Of a stretch of DNA of 64,000 nucleotides, positions 20,778 through 30,355 are shown piece after piece (within the stretch, counting starts at the first letter, position 1; each line of letters opens with the position of its first letter). The DNA is from Candidatus Parcubacteria bacterium (lineage in GTDB: Bacteria > Patescibacteriota > Minisyncoccia > Phycocordibacterales > Zambryskibacteraceae). Location: positions 110,809-174,808 of the forward strand of contig JAIFWJ010000001.1 of NCBI GenBank assembly GCA_019661865.1, written 5' to 3'. Position numbers and translations under genes: made by a program. The notes beneath the pieces were generated by a model that saw nothing but the letters and a program-made list of their open reading frames with translations, had not been told where the DNA came from and did not search any database.

Positions 20778-20874
20778 AGACCCATACAATAATGAAAATT
20801 AGGGCTTAAATCAAGAGCAGGATAACTTAACGTATTGACTTTATATATAAACCGTGCTAGGGTAGAAGTTAGAT

Positions 20875-21153
20875 ATGTTCACCCCAACCCGAGAGACAAT
20901 GACTTTCGAGGAAATCAAAAAGAAGGATGCGGAGCTACGTACAGAGTGGCACTGCGAGTACCCAGTACCACGAAAGAAGATCGAGGAAGCTCAAACTCTA
21001 GTGGCATTGGCGAAGTCCATGAAGCAGAACCTCACGGACAAGTCCGAGCTCTCTCTGCTCAGCCACATGGTCGCCAGATGGAACGTACGGCTCAAGAATC
21101 TTACGACTTCAGAGAGTTCACCGAGTTCCACCTTCATGCAAGTAGCAGGCTAA
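20875..21153 (+). CDS. Hypothetical small helical protein (start may be 20899)
   Basis: TTGACT(20835)-N17-TAGGGT promoter upstream, terminator downstream. Confidence 0.6.
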   Translation: MFTPTRETMTFEEIKKKDAELRTEWHCEYPVPRKKIEEAQTLVALAKSMKQNLTDKSELSLLSHMVARWNVRLKNLTTSESSPSSTFMQVAG

Positions 21154-21175
21154 CAAGCCTTCTACTTCTACACCG

Positions 21176-21237
21176 ACCGCGCTACACACCAGTGTGCGCG
21201 GTTTTAGTTTGAAAAATCGGCCTCGGCCGATTTTTTT
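21176..21237. terminator. Back-to-back terminators between the orphan gene and rpsI
   Basis: ACCGCGC..GCGCGGT-TTT hairpin and AAAAATCGGC-CTCG-GCCGATTTTT bidirectional hairpin. Confidence 0.7.
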
Positions 21238-21634
21238 ATCTCTTGCTCCACTGTGGAGCCTTGCGGGCTTTCTTCAGACCGAACTTGCGACGTTCCTTAG
21301 CGCGGGGGTCACGCTTTAAGAGACCCTTAACCTTAAGTTTCCTACGGAGTTCGCTATCATACTCGACGAGTGCACGTGCAATACCGTGACGAACTGCACC
21401 TGCTTGAGATGAGATACCACCTCCCTCTGCTTTAACTGTTACTGAGAACTTCTGAGTAAGTTCGGCTGTATCAAATGCTGAAGTGACTGAACGACGGAGT
21501 TCAGGAGTTGGGAAATAAGTGTCGAAGTCTTTCTCATTTATGGAAATGTGGAGTTTAGAAGCAGGAGTAATACGCACGCGCGCTATGCTGGTCTTTCTTC
21601 TTCCTGTTGCTTCGATGTATTTAGTCTCTGCCAT
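21236..21634 (-). CDS. rpsI: 30S ribosomal protein S9
   Basis: TGRRKTSIARV, RDPR-KERRK-GLKKARKAPQWSKR. Confidence 0.98.
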   Translation of the reverse strand: MAETKYIEATGRRKTSIARVRITPASKLHISINEKDFDTYFPTPELRRSVTSAFDTAELTQKFSVTVKAEGGGISSQAGAVRHGIARALVEYDSELRRKLKVKGLLKRDPRAKERRKFGLKKARKAPQWSKR

Positions 21635-21638
21635 GAAT

Positions 21639-21986
21639 TTAATCTTTAATAGTTAAATTCTTTATCATTCTGGCACGGAGTTTATTCTTCGGAAGCATGC
21701 CCATGACAGCTTTCCTTAGTACTTCCTTGGCTCCCTTCTTCTCGACCACTTGTTCTACCGAAAGGGTCTTAAGAGAGCCTGGGTAGCCTGAGTGACGAGA
21801 GTAGGTCTTACCGGTTCGCTTTTTCTCACTGATAGAAAGCTTGGATGCATTGGTAACCTCGACAGAGATGTCAGGTATATCATTACGTACATAATCAGTG
21901 CGGTTCTTACCCATAAGAAGCACGGCCACCTCTGTGGCGAGGCGTCCTGGTCTCTTATTCGTAGCGTCTAAAGTAACTTTTTGCAT
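21639..21986 (-). CDS. rplM: 50S ribosomal protein L13 (short)
   Basis: GRLATEVA-LLMGK, Y-RHSGYPG, AV-GMLPKN. Confidence 0.96.
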   Translation of the reverse strand: MQKVTLDATNKRPGRLATEVAVLLMGKNRTDYVRNDIPDISVEVTNASKLSISEKKRTGKTYSRHSGYPGSLKTLSVEQVVEKKGAKEVLRKAVMGMLPKNKLRARMIKNLTIKD

Positions 21987-21990
21987 AATT

Positions 21991-22338
21991 TTATACGAAC
22001 TCTATTACGGCCATAGGAGCGCCGTCTGATGCTCTGCGTACAAGCTTGGTGATGCGTGTGTATCCACCAGCTCTCTCCTTGTAGGTGGGAGCTATATTAA
22101 CATAAGCGCGTTTAGCTGCCATCTTACCCACACGTGCTTCCAGTAAACGGCGAGCTGCTGGCGTCTGCTTCTTGGCAAGGGTAACTAACTTCTCGGTGTA
22201 AGGACGGAGTTCCTTGGCCTTGGCCTCAGTAGTCTTAATCTTACCTTTAGTGATGAGTGAGTGCGCCAAGGACTTCAAGAGAGCTTTTCTCTGGCTTCTT
22301 TCACGACCGAACTTTCTGTTAGCGTTATGATGGCGCAT
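21991..22338 (-). CDS. rplQ: 50S ribosomal protein L17
   Basis: Start MRHH at 22338; TTEAKAKELR, GGYTRI. Confidence 0.97.
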   Translation of the reverse strand: MRHHNANRKFGRERSQRKALLKSLAHSLITKGKIKTTEAKAKELRPYTEKLVTLAKKQTPAARRLLEARVGKMAAKRAYVNIAPTYKERAGGYTRITKLVRRASDGAPMAVIEFV

Positions 22339-22342
22339 AAGT

Positions 22343-23302
22343 TTATTTAAGAGTAATGCCGAACTCTCCAAGAGCTTTCTTGATCTCCTGGATACCCTTG
22401 GCACCAAGACCTTCTATAGTGAGAAGATCCTTCTCCTTCTTCCTAGCTAGACCTCCGACAGTGCGGATGTTCGCATTAGCTAAAGCATTTTGAGTTCTAG
22501 CTGAGATATCAAGCGACTCAACACGGGTCTTAAGAACTTCAGGATCAATCTCTGTTCTTGAGTTGTTGGATTCCTCTGTGTGAGACTCTTCTACTACTGG
22601 AGCCTCTTCCTCCTTGAAGCCCACGATTGCCTTAAGCTGGTTAATCATGATCTCTATCGACTGAGTTAAAGCTTCAGTAGGAGTGATGGTGCCGTCGGTC
22701 TCTATAGCAATCTTAAGTTTGTTGAAGTCTGTTCTGTCACCTACGCGCATGTTTTCTACTTCGTAACTTGCACGACGGATAGGGGTGAAGCTTGCATCGA
22801 GTGCATATGTTCCAACTTCTACTCTGTCTTTCTGAAGAGCCTCCTTAGATACAAGACCAATACCTCGCTCAGCCTTTATCTCCATCTCAAGCGTAGTGTT
22901 CTTACCAGTAATAGTAGCAATATGCTGCTCTGGGTTAGCGATGGTAACCTGGCCTGGGATTTCTAAGTCTGAAGCTTTAACCTCTCTTTCTCCTTTAATC
23001 TTGAGAGTTAGTATCTGAGGCTCATCTGTGGTGAAGCGCATACGAATTTTCTTCAAGTTCAAGAGAATAGTGATGACGTCCTCCTTAATACCATCAATGG
23101 TCGAAAACTCGTGAGTAACTCCTGGGATCTTCACAGAAGTAATAGCTACACCAGGAAGTGAGGAAAGAATGATTCGACGAAGAGAGTTACCTAGAGTGTG
23201 TCCGTAACCGGGGTAAAGTCCCTCGATCTCGTAGACACCGCTCGTAGCCTCGTCTGTGACGATCTTTGGCTTCGAAGGAAGGATGATTGTGTAATCTGCC
23301 AT
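22343..23302 (-). CDS. rpoA: RNA polymerase alpha subunit
   Basis: GYGHTLGNSLRRIILSS, HEFSTI-G-KED, alpha-CTD. Confidence 0.98.
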   Translation of the reverse strand: MADYTIILPSKPKIVTDEATSGVYEIEGLYPGYGHTLGNSLRRIILSSLPGVAITSVKIPGVTHEFSTIDGIKEDVITILLNLKKIRMRFTTDEPQILTLKIKGEREVKASDLEIPGQVTIANPEQHIATITGKNTTLEMEIKAERGIGLVSKEALQKDRVEVGTYALDASFTPIRRASYEVENMRVGDRTDFNKLKIAIETDGTITPTEALTQSIEIMINQLKAIVGFKEEEAPVVEESHTEESNNSRTEIDPEVLKTRVESLDISARTQNALANANIRTVGGLARKKEKDLLTIEGLGAKGIQEIKKALGEFGITLK

Positions 23303-23322
23303 AAAAATTAAATTATTTTTTG

Positions 23323-23925
23323 TTATCTACTATAAAATTCGAGCACTGCTCCCAGATCGAATACGTGCTCTGACTGCACGTAGGCTGGCAATCCCACCAC
23401 ACGTACACGCTTACCGGGCTCTACCTGAAGCCAGGCAGGAACAGTAACTTGGTTCTGTCTCTCCACGACTTCAGCGAACAAAGGACTGGCTTGGCTTCCC
23501 TCTCGCACCGAGACTTCATCTCCAATGCGAAGGTGCATTGAAGGTATGGTCACGCGGCGGCCATTCACCACTCCATGACCGTGGGCGGCCATCTGGCGAG
23601 CAGCAGCACGAGTCTTGGCGAAACCAGAGCGGTAGAGAATGTTATCAAGGCGAAGTTCAAGTGCACGGAAGAGTTTCTGAGTAGGCTCAGGAGAGTTTAC
23701 TGTTGACTTCACATAAGTTTTAAACTGTCTTTCGGCAAGACCGTAAGTGAGACGAGCCTTCTGCTTTTCTATAAGTTGCTTACCGAACTCTGACTTGGGT
23801 CTCTGTGGAACCATGCCGTTCTTTTCCTTGCGAGAATATGAAAGTGCGTATTTCTGAGTTTGAGTTTTCTCAAATATTGGAGCACCGAGTCTGCGAGCAA
23901 TTTTATATTTTGGTCCGATTTTCAT
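23323..23925 (-). CDS. rpsD: 30S ribosomal protein S4
   Basis: QLIEKQK, LELRLDN, ARQ-HG, EFYSR. Confidence 0.97.
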   Translation of the reverse strand: MKIGPKYKIARRLGAPIFEKTQTQKYALSYSRKEKNGMVPQRPKSEFGKQLIEKQKARLTYGLAERQFKTYVKSTVNSPEPTQKLFRALELRLDNILYRSGFAKTRAAARQMAAHGHGVVNGRRVTIPSMHLRIGDEVSVREGSQASPLFAEVVERQNQVTVPAWLQVEPGKRVRVVGLPAYVQSEHVFDLGAVLEFYSR

Positions 23926-23942
23926 AAGTTATTATATTTAAA

Positions 23943-24377
23943 TTATGCACGACGAGGCTTAGGTGCTTTGGTTCCGTTGTGAGGAACTGGAGTTCTGTCT
24001 TGGATAGAGACAAGGTTAATGCCTTTAGATATAAATCCTCTGATAGCTGATTCTCTACCAGACCCTACGCCCTTCACCACTACCTTCACTTCCTTAACAC
24101 CGAACTGTTGGGCTTTCTCACCTATGACTTCTCCGATCTTGGCAGCTGCAAATGGAGTTCCCTTCTTAGCGCCCTTAAAGCCGAGTGCTCCTGAGGTAGA
24201 CCAGGCCAGTACGCCACCCTTGGAGTCAGCTAAGACAAGCTTAGTATTATTGTATGTGGATTCAACATTTAAAATACCTGACTCAACGCGCTTCTTAGAG
24301 CTTGATCTTGAAGTAGCCTCAGCCGGCTTCTGAGTCTCGTTTTCTCCCTCTGTCTTTACTATGCGTTTCTTACCCAT
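23943..24377 (-). CDS. rpsK: 30S ribosomal protein S11
   Basis: STYNNT, KGTPFAA, G-GRESAIR, TPVPHNG. Confidence 0.97.
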   Translation of the reverse strand: MGKKRIVKTEGENETQKPAEATSRSSSKKRVESGILNVESTYNNTKLVLADSKGGVLAWSTSGALGFKGAKKGTPFAAAKIGEVIGEKAQQFGVKEVKVVVKGVGSGRESAIRGFISKGINLVSIQDRTPVPHNGTKAPKPRRA

Positions 24378-24406
24378 TGTTTATATTGTTTATATAAGGT
24401 CATGAA

Positions 24407-24787
24407 CTATGTCTTCTCAACTATCTTGCGGCCGGTACCCATGGTCTTACGGACGTTACCGCGACGAGTGCGAGAATTGGTCTTGGTTCTCTGACCTCTG
24501 ACTGGAAGCCCTCTCTGGTGTCTTATCCCTCGGTAGGCCTTAATATCCTTGAGACGTTTAACATTGGCAGCTACCTCACGCTTGAGGTCACCCTCGAGAG
24601 TTAGAGACTCAATAATAGAGCGGATCTTGTTCTCAGACTCTACGCTGATGCTCTTAGGGCGGAGAGAGGGGTCAATCTTGGCTTCCTTAAGGATACTTGT
24701 TGCGCGGGAACGACCAATACCATAAATGACGGTTAGGCCGATATCAATACGCTTCTCCTCTGGGATAGTTATACCTAGTATTCTCAT
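24407..24787 (-). CDS. rpsM: 30S ribosomal protein S13
   Basis: IYGIG, EGDL-R, YRG-RH-GLPVRGQRTKTN. Confidence 0.97.
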   Translation of the reverse strand: MRILGITIPEEKRIDIGLTVIYGIGRSRATSILKEAKIDPSLRPKSISVESENKIRSIIESLTLEGDLKREVAANVKRLKDIKAYRGIRHQRGLPVRGQRTKTNSRTRRGNVRKTMGTGRKIVEKT

Positions 24788-24789
24788 TA

Positions 24790-24906
24790 TTAACCTTGCC
24801 TCTGTTTATGGCGTGGATTAGCGCTACAGACCACATATACATACCCCTTGCGCCTTACAATTTGGCACTTGGAGCACATCTTTTTTACCGACGCCTTTAC
24901 TTTCAT
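24790..24906 (-). CDS. rpmJ: 50S ribosomal protein L36
   Basis: Not in ORF track: [38 protein letters not shown]. Confidence 0.97.
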   Translation of the reverse strand: MKVKASVKKMCSKCQIVRRKGYVYVVCSANPRHKQRQG

Positions 24907-24978
24907 AGAGAGATAATATTGTAACCGAGCTTCAAATTTTGTCAACACGAGACTATCCAAGACCCCTTATTCTGGGGC

Positions 24979-25194
24979 CTATAGGCGCTTCACTATTCTG
25001 GCCTTCCCTCCGTAGGGCTCGAGCTCGAGTTGTACTCTATCTCCCACCAGAACTCTTATGCGGTGGAGTCTCATCTTACCAGAAAGGTACGACAAAAGCT
25101 CACCCTCTTCATTGTCGAGTCTTACTTTGAACATAATATTAGGTAGCGCTTCAGTAACTACCCCGGTGCGCTCCAGGTCTTTATTCTGTGGCAT
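24979..25194 (-). CDS. infA: Translation initiation factor IF-1
   Basis: EALPN-MF-V-L, SGKMR-RI-VL-GD-V. Confidence 0.97.
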   Translation of the reverse strand: MPQNKDLERTGVVTEALPNIMFKVRLDNEEGELLSYLSGKMRLHRIRVLVGDRVQLELEPYGGKARIVKRL

Positions 25195-26596
25195 TCGTCT
25201 CTACAATCTTAATCTTTGTTGGATCACTTGGGAAGGTGTTACGCCAGAAAGGCTTAATACTTGCGCTTCCAGTCACAACGCTAGGATAATTTTTTAGGAT
25301 AGTTACAAAATCAGTTTTAGGCTTGCCAGCCAAGTCAGAAGCAAGTGCCGACTCATCGGTCTTCCACTCTACCTTAGCAGAACCAGAAACTTGGAAACTA
25401 ATATTTTCTGTCGTTTGGAGATTGGCTTGTGATGAACTAGCCAGAGTAAATGTAAGTGAAGTGTAGTCTGGGATCACCACGGTCTGTCCAGCTTGACTGC
25501 CCAGCTTCTTCTCTGTGAGACTTCTGTCCAAGTCAGTTTTCTTAAATGCCACTCCATATAAATCTCCTTTTTCTGTAATTAAGGCCTGTGAACTTGAACC
25601 TGCTTGAGTAGGCACGACTTCGAAACTCATTTTAGCTAGACTCGGGATAAGTACATAGTCCTCTGGCACTTGAGCCTTAGCTTGAGTTGAGAGATCATTC
25701 TTAATCTGAGCTTCTAGAGTAGTTTTAGCACGCTGTACATCTGCTGCACTGGCTTTCTTTATCGTACCGACGAAACCGCCTGTAATCGGAGTCTTCGACC
25801 TGCCATACATAGCAGTGAACCTAGGATCGCCCTTAAGTCCAGGAATAGTAAAGTCTGTCGGAGAAATATTGTATGTATCACCTGGTTGATCTGCTACTAC
25901 GGTTACTTCAAGTGAGCCAGGTTCACTGCCGTTCGGAGTTTGCTTCTTCCCTGGGACAGTTATATCTGATTGAATTCTATAAATCTTACCATCGGTTGTC
26001 TCGAAGCGAGTGTTGGTGATAAGTTTTTGAGGATCAGCACTGAAGTCATTGTAGACAACGAGAATGCCTGAAGCCTTTTGAGATACTTGTTCTTCTCCAG
26101 AAGCTGGAGCAGTAGTATTCTTTTGTGAACTGAGTTTAACGATACTAAATAATAGATTTCCTTGAGTCTTAGAAGCAGAGAATGAGTCGTTCGAGAGTGT
26201 TAACACCGATGTCTTCGGCACGTATGTGAGTGTCGCACCTGAAAGCAGGGTGAAGATAACCCCAAGAGCGATGAAAATAGCTATAACTCCTAAAGAAATC
26301 CAGACACCCCTTCGAGATTTCTTGCGAGACTCTCGAGGTTCTACATATTCTGTCTCACGCGAGGTTGGCACACTCGACCCATAGGCTTGATCTGAGCGAT
26401 ACTCAGGTATAGCTGTGCTTCGAGGTCCTTCATTTACTCTCACAGACTCACGAGGTGGTAGATCCATCCTCTGTGGCGGAGCGATGTCTCGAGGGCCGTT
26501 TAATATATTTATATTTTTTCTTCTGCTTTCTGGTATGGGTATATCTCTTATAGAGCGACGTTCTGGAGGGGTAATATCTTCAATGTTCTTTGCCAT
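25181..26596 (-). CDS. Single-pass membrane protein with large extracellular beta-rich (baseplate-J-like) domain
   Basis: Disordered N-tail, one TM, then ASG-L-VYN, TRF, ADQPG-YN, FTIPG, GGF motifs typical of this CPR family. Confidence 0.6.
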   Translation of the reverse strand: MAKNIEDITPPERRSIRDIPIPESRRKNINILNGPRDIAPPQRMDLPPRESVRVNEGPRSTAIPEYRSDQAYGSSVPTSRETEYVEPRESRKKSRRGVWISLGVIAIFIALGVIFTLLSGATLTYVPKTSVLTLSNDSFSASKTQGNLLFSIVKLSSQKNTTAPASGEEQVSQKASGILVVYNDFSADPQKLITNTRFETTDGKIYRIQSDITVPGKKQTPNGSEPGSLEVTVVADQPGDTYNISPTDFTIPGLKGDPRFTAMYGRSKTPITGGFVGTIKKASAADVQRAKTTLEAQIKNDLSTQAKAQVPEDYVLIPSLAKMSFEVVPTQAGSSSQALITEKGDLYGVAFKKTDLDRSLTEKKLGSQAGQTVVIPDYTSLTFTLASSSQANLQTTENISFQVSGSAKVEWKTDESALASDLAGKPKTDFVTILKNYPSVVTGSASIKPFWRNTFPSDPTKIKIVETNATE

Positions 26597-26648
26597 TTGA
26601 TAATTTTACTAGACTTTTCCCTTAAGGCAATGTGGAAACTGGGTCTAG

Positions 26649-27818
26649 TTAGAATATTGACTTTAAATAAGCGATTATTATGTTAAGTGCATCGTCTCTC
26701 CTGCCGCCGCTAGCCGTCTTTACCAGCTCATCAGTAAATTTGTTATCCTCACCTATAAGTGTTACTCCTCCAGGTACCACTGACTCAAGAAGCACTTTAC
26801 CAAGCTCTGTGTGGGATCTTCCAGAAACTAGGAATACGTTCTGGGGCAAGTTACCGAGCTTAGTAGCCTTCACTACACTTGCCTCCCACATTTTCTTCCA
26901 CTCATCCTCTCCACTTTGTAATATTTTATTCAGAGCCTCTCTGGTTGCATCATCCAGGCTATTAGATGCAAAGAGGGCTAGGTATGAGTACGCTAGAGTC
27001 AGAGGGATGTTCATCTTATCCTTTATTAGACGGGCCACTGTGGTCGATCCGAATGGCAAGATAAAATTTTCTGCTGGAAAATCTTTATGGATTAAGAACA
27101 CGTCCGTAGTCTCGTGGCTCATGTCTACCAGGAGTGCAGTATGAGTATTCTTGAAGCTCCTGGTCAAGACATTCCAGAACGTAAACATGAATCCTTGAAT
27201 ATGAAAACCACGCCTTATGCCGAAGGATCTTATGACCTCCTCCTCAACTCTCTTTATCAAGTGTCTCTCCGCAGCCGACATATGGATGCTAACTTCTGCA
27301 GATTTAGTGTACTTAGAAATGGGAAGGGATGCCTCGTAGCCATTTAATCTTATGTTGGCTACTTGAGATTCGAACACTTCACACTCGGACTGATATGCGT
27401 TCTTAAGATCTTTCTTAAACTGCTCCTCTTCTTTACTTATGACCTCATCCACCATGCGTTTATCGAGAAGAAATTCTTTATCCTTACTTACAGTTACAGG
27501 TTTAAGTCTCGAGAGTATCCAAGGTGAAGAAAGTATGACACTTACATACTCGAAGTGTGGAGAGAGCTTCCTTCTACTCAGGGTAGTTAAACCATCTTTC
27601 GACACCAGAGAGAAAACGTCTCTTATAGTGCGAAGCATCTTAGCTTCTAAATTTTCAAAGGCGGGTTCTTCTTCTAGAAAGAATGCCAGACGAGCGTTAG
27701 AAATAATTTCTGGAAGGCTCCCGTGCCTGAAGTGGACAATAGCCGCTCCCACACTTCCGGAGGTTAAGTGAAGAACAAGAACAGTTCGATCATTCTGTTT
27801 CGAAGATCCAAACAACAT
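26649..27818 (-). CDS. Divergent FtsA/PilM-like actin-fold protein
   Basis: VLHLTSGSVGAA (phosphate-1-like), LNGY, LLVDMS-ETTD, PFG motifs. Confidence 0.55.
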   Translation of the reverse strand: MLFGSSKQNDRTVLVLHLTSGSVGAAIVHFRHGSLPEIISNARLAFFLEEEPAFENLEAKMLRTIRDVFSLVSKDGLTTLSRRKLSPHFEYVSVILSSPWILSRLKPVTVSKDKEFLLDKRMVDEVISKEEEQFKKDLKNAYQSECEVFESQVANIRLNGYEASLPISKYTKSAEVSIHMSAAERHLIKRVEEEVIRSFGIRRGFHIQGFMFTFWNVLTRSFKNTHTALLVDMSHETTDVFLIHKDFPAENFILPFGSTTVARLIKDKMNIPLTLAYSYLALFASNSLDDATREALNKILQSGEDEWKKMWEASVVKATKLGNLPQNVFLVSGRSHTELGKVLLESVVPGGVTLIGEDNKFTDELVKTASGGRRDDALNIIIAYLKSIF

Positions 27819-27832
27819 ACATTCATTGTACC

Positions 27833-28315
27833 CTAACTATTGGTTGAGTTAAGTATATACTTCGGGACAATTCCAAGAGCCATGTACTCTTCTTGGAGTT
27901 CTTTGGGCAAGATGAAGAAATTCCTCACTACCTTTCTACAGTTCTTACTTCCACAGTTACATTTCATCTTCCAAATATCATCTTTACCAATTATGGTTGA
28001 GTAATCCATGACCAGTTCTTGGCCAATTTGAATTGGTGTAATTGCAAACAGCTCTAAATTACTCCCCGTCTTCCTTACTCCACAGTTTGGACTGCATGAA
28101 TGATTCAAGAAGTCTCCTATTTCTCCTTCGGGACTTAAGTACATTTCTGGGCCAAATCTAAAAGCATTATCTCCAATTTTTCCACCAATTTTAAATAACT
28201 TAGACCAGTGGTAGACCTTACCTTTAATTATAAAAAGCTTTTGTTTCGACCTAAATTCTCGTAAAGCAAAAATGCCTCTACCACTCCTGGCATCTCTTAC
28301 CTCTAAGCCCCTCAT
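27833..28315 (-). CDS. SET-domain lysine methyltransferase with post-SET cysteines
   Basis: GRGIFA, FLNHSCSPN, ELVMDY, CNCGSKNCR. Confidence 0.9.
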   Translation of the reverse strand: MRGLEVRDARSGRGIFALREFRSKQKLFIIKGKVYHWSKLFKIGGKIGDNAFRFGPEMYLSPEGEIGDFLNHSCSPNCGVRKTGSNLELFAITPIQIGQELVMDYSTIIGKDDIWKMKCNCGSKNCRKVVRNFFILPKELQEEYMALGIVPKYILNSTNS

Positions 28316-29934
28316 TCCAAGACTGCTTTAATGCGTCTCACTCCAGCTGACACGGCTTCTTCTTTCTGAATTTTAAATTTCCCAAGCTCGCTTGTATTAG
28401 ATACATGTGGACCACCGCAGAATTCCTTCGAATAAGCATGTTCCATGGAGTCTCCTATATAGTAGACACTGATCTCATCACCATACTTGTCGCCGAAGAA
28501 GTGCAGGGCACCTGTCTTCTCCGCCTCTGCCTTAGGTAGTATTACTCTATTTACTGGCAATGCTTCACTTATTTTCTCGTTTACAATTTCTTCTACTCTT
28601 TTCTTCTCCTCATCTGTCATCTTACGAGGGAAGGCGAAGTCGAAGCGCAGTCTCTCTGGAGTAATATTACTCCCCTTCTGACTCACATCATGCCCCAACA
28701 CATCGCGTAGAGCCTGATGGAGCAAATGTGTAACCGTGTGATACTGAACTTCCTTATCCGAGTGCCCGGCAAGACCACCTTTGAACTTGGCCTCCATGCC
28801 TCTGCGAGACATTTCTTGATGTTTTTTAAATCTTTCTTCGAAATCTTTTTCGTTAATCTCGATCCCCTTTTCTTTAGCAAGTTCCTTGGTGAGCTCAAGA
28901 GGGAATCCGTAAGAAGTGAAAAGTACAAAAGGGTCGCGACCCTTCTCAAACTCTTTAAGTCCCGCGTCCAGTGTCTCCTTAAATTTATTTGTCTCTGTTT
29001 CAAATACAGACCAGACTTCGTTTAAATTAAATTCATAAAAATCTTTATAACTTAAGTGATTTACCACTGCTTCTACAACCGGCTTCAAATCCCTTTGGTA
29101 CACAAATGCGCGTCTTATGAGTCGTCTTAGAACATATCCTCGTTCAGAATTTGACGGTCTGACTCCGTCAGAAATCATAAATACTGCACTTCGTACATGG
29201 TCAGCCACTATTCTAGATTTAGCTACGCTTAAAATTGAGACGAATAAATCTGTATCGAAAACTGTCTGTACTTCTTGTGAGACCATGGCGAGCCTTTCAA
29301 GCCCCATGCCAGTATCTATGCCTTTTATATCAAGTGGACGGAGAGTCTTGTCAGCGCTCTGATAAAATTCGTTGAAGACAATGTTCCAGATCTCGATACC
29401 GTCCACATATATTTCTGTCGTGGGACCACAAGGTCCCTCAGTACCTGTTGGTCCCCAGAAGTTATCTGCACGACCGAAAGCTCGAACACGAATACTTGGG
29501 TCAATAGATTTCCAAATTCTCTCAGACTCTTCATCCTTAGGCACTCCTTCTTCTCCCTCAAATATTGTGACGTAGTCAATCTTAAGACCCATTACTTCTG
29601 TGACGAACTCGTGTGCGTACTCTATAGCCTCCTTCTTCCAATATCCGCCGAAGCTGAAGTTACCGAGCATTTCAAAAAAAGTTAAGTGTCTCTCGTCTCC
29701 TACTTCTTCTATGTCAGAAGTTCGAACTGACTTCTGCACAGATACAGTGTTCTTAGAACCGAAATCTGACATAGGATCCTTCACTCCTAAGTAGTACGGC
29801 TTGAACTGCTGCATGCCGGCCGTGGTGAAGAGTACTGACGGGTCGTCGGTGACAAGCGGAGACGAAGGCACAACCTTGTGTCCCTTACCCTCGAAAAATT
29901 CTAAAAATTTCTGTCGTATTTCTCGTGATTCCAT
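28312..29934 (-). CDS. alaS: Alanyl-tRNA synthetase (compact, no C-Ala domain)
   Basis: FTTAGMQQFK, HLTFFEMLGNFS, IDTGMGLER, HTVTHLL, EFCGGPH, GVRRI-A. Confidence 0.96.
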   Translation of the reverse strand: MESREIRQKFLEFFEGKGHKVVPSSPLVTDDPSVLFTTAGMQQFKPYYLGVKDPMSDFGSKNTVSVQKSVRTSDIEEVGDERHLTFFEMLGNFSFGGYWKKEAIEYAHEFVTEVMGLKIDYVTIFEGEEGVPKDEESERIWKSIDPSIRVRAFGRADNFWGPTGTEGPCGPTTEIYVDGIEIWNIVFNEFYQSADKTLRPLDIKGIDTGMGLERLAMVSQEVQTVFDTDLFVSILSVAKSRIVADHVRSAVFMISDGVRPSNSERGYVLRRLIRRAFVYQRDLKPVVEAVVNHLSYKDFYEFNLNEVWSVFETETNKFKETLDAGLKEFEKGRDPFVLFTSYGFPLELTKELAKEKGIEINEKDFEERFKKHQEMSRRGMEAKFKGGLAGHSDKEVQYHTVTHLLHQALRDVLGHDVSQKGSNITPERLRFDFAFPRKMTDEEKKRVEEIVNEKISEALPVNRVILPKAEAEKTGALHFFGDKYGDEISVYYIGDSMEHAYSKEFCGGPHVSNTSELGKFKIQKEEAVSAGVRRIKAVLE

Positions 29935-29995
29935 GTGTGAAAATATATCAGAAAGTAAACAAAAAAGCCTGCCCCGGCAGGCTGACCAGAATCGT

Positions 29996-30304
29996 TTATG
30001 ATCCTCCTTGAGTCTTAGGCACCTTACGGGGGCTCACAGCAGTCTCTAGAACCTTGAAGGCTTGAAGTGGAGTGTTTTTCAGTAGAACATCGTTCAGGTC
30101 ATTCATGTGTTCTTCATCCATGATCTCCTGAAGACGAGTGCTGGCTCGAGAGATCTGATCAATTCTTTTTTTAGCTCTCTCGGCGATCTCCTTGTCTGGC
30201 CTGACTAACATTATTCTCAAGTTACCCAAGTCTTTTCTTGCCTTTTCAAGTAATTTCCGAGCCTTTCCCACTGTGATAGGTACTTCTGACTTCTTTTGAG
30301 TCAT
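29996..30304 (-). CDS. Hypothetical basic helical protein
   Basis: ATG at 30304 preceded by GGGGG; hairpin AGCCTGCC..GCAGGCT plus T-run downstream. Confidence 0.55.
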   Translation of the reverse strand: MTQKKSEVPITVGKARKLLEKARKDLGNLRIMLVRPDKEIAERAKKRIDQISRASTRLQEIMDEEHMNDLNDVLLKNTPLQAFKVLETAVSPRKVPKTQGGS

Positions 30305-30355
30305 ATATCCCCCAGGTTTGTCTAACCTCAAATTAACACAAAAATTGACCTAAGT

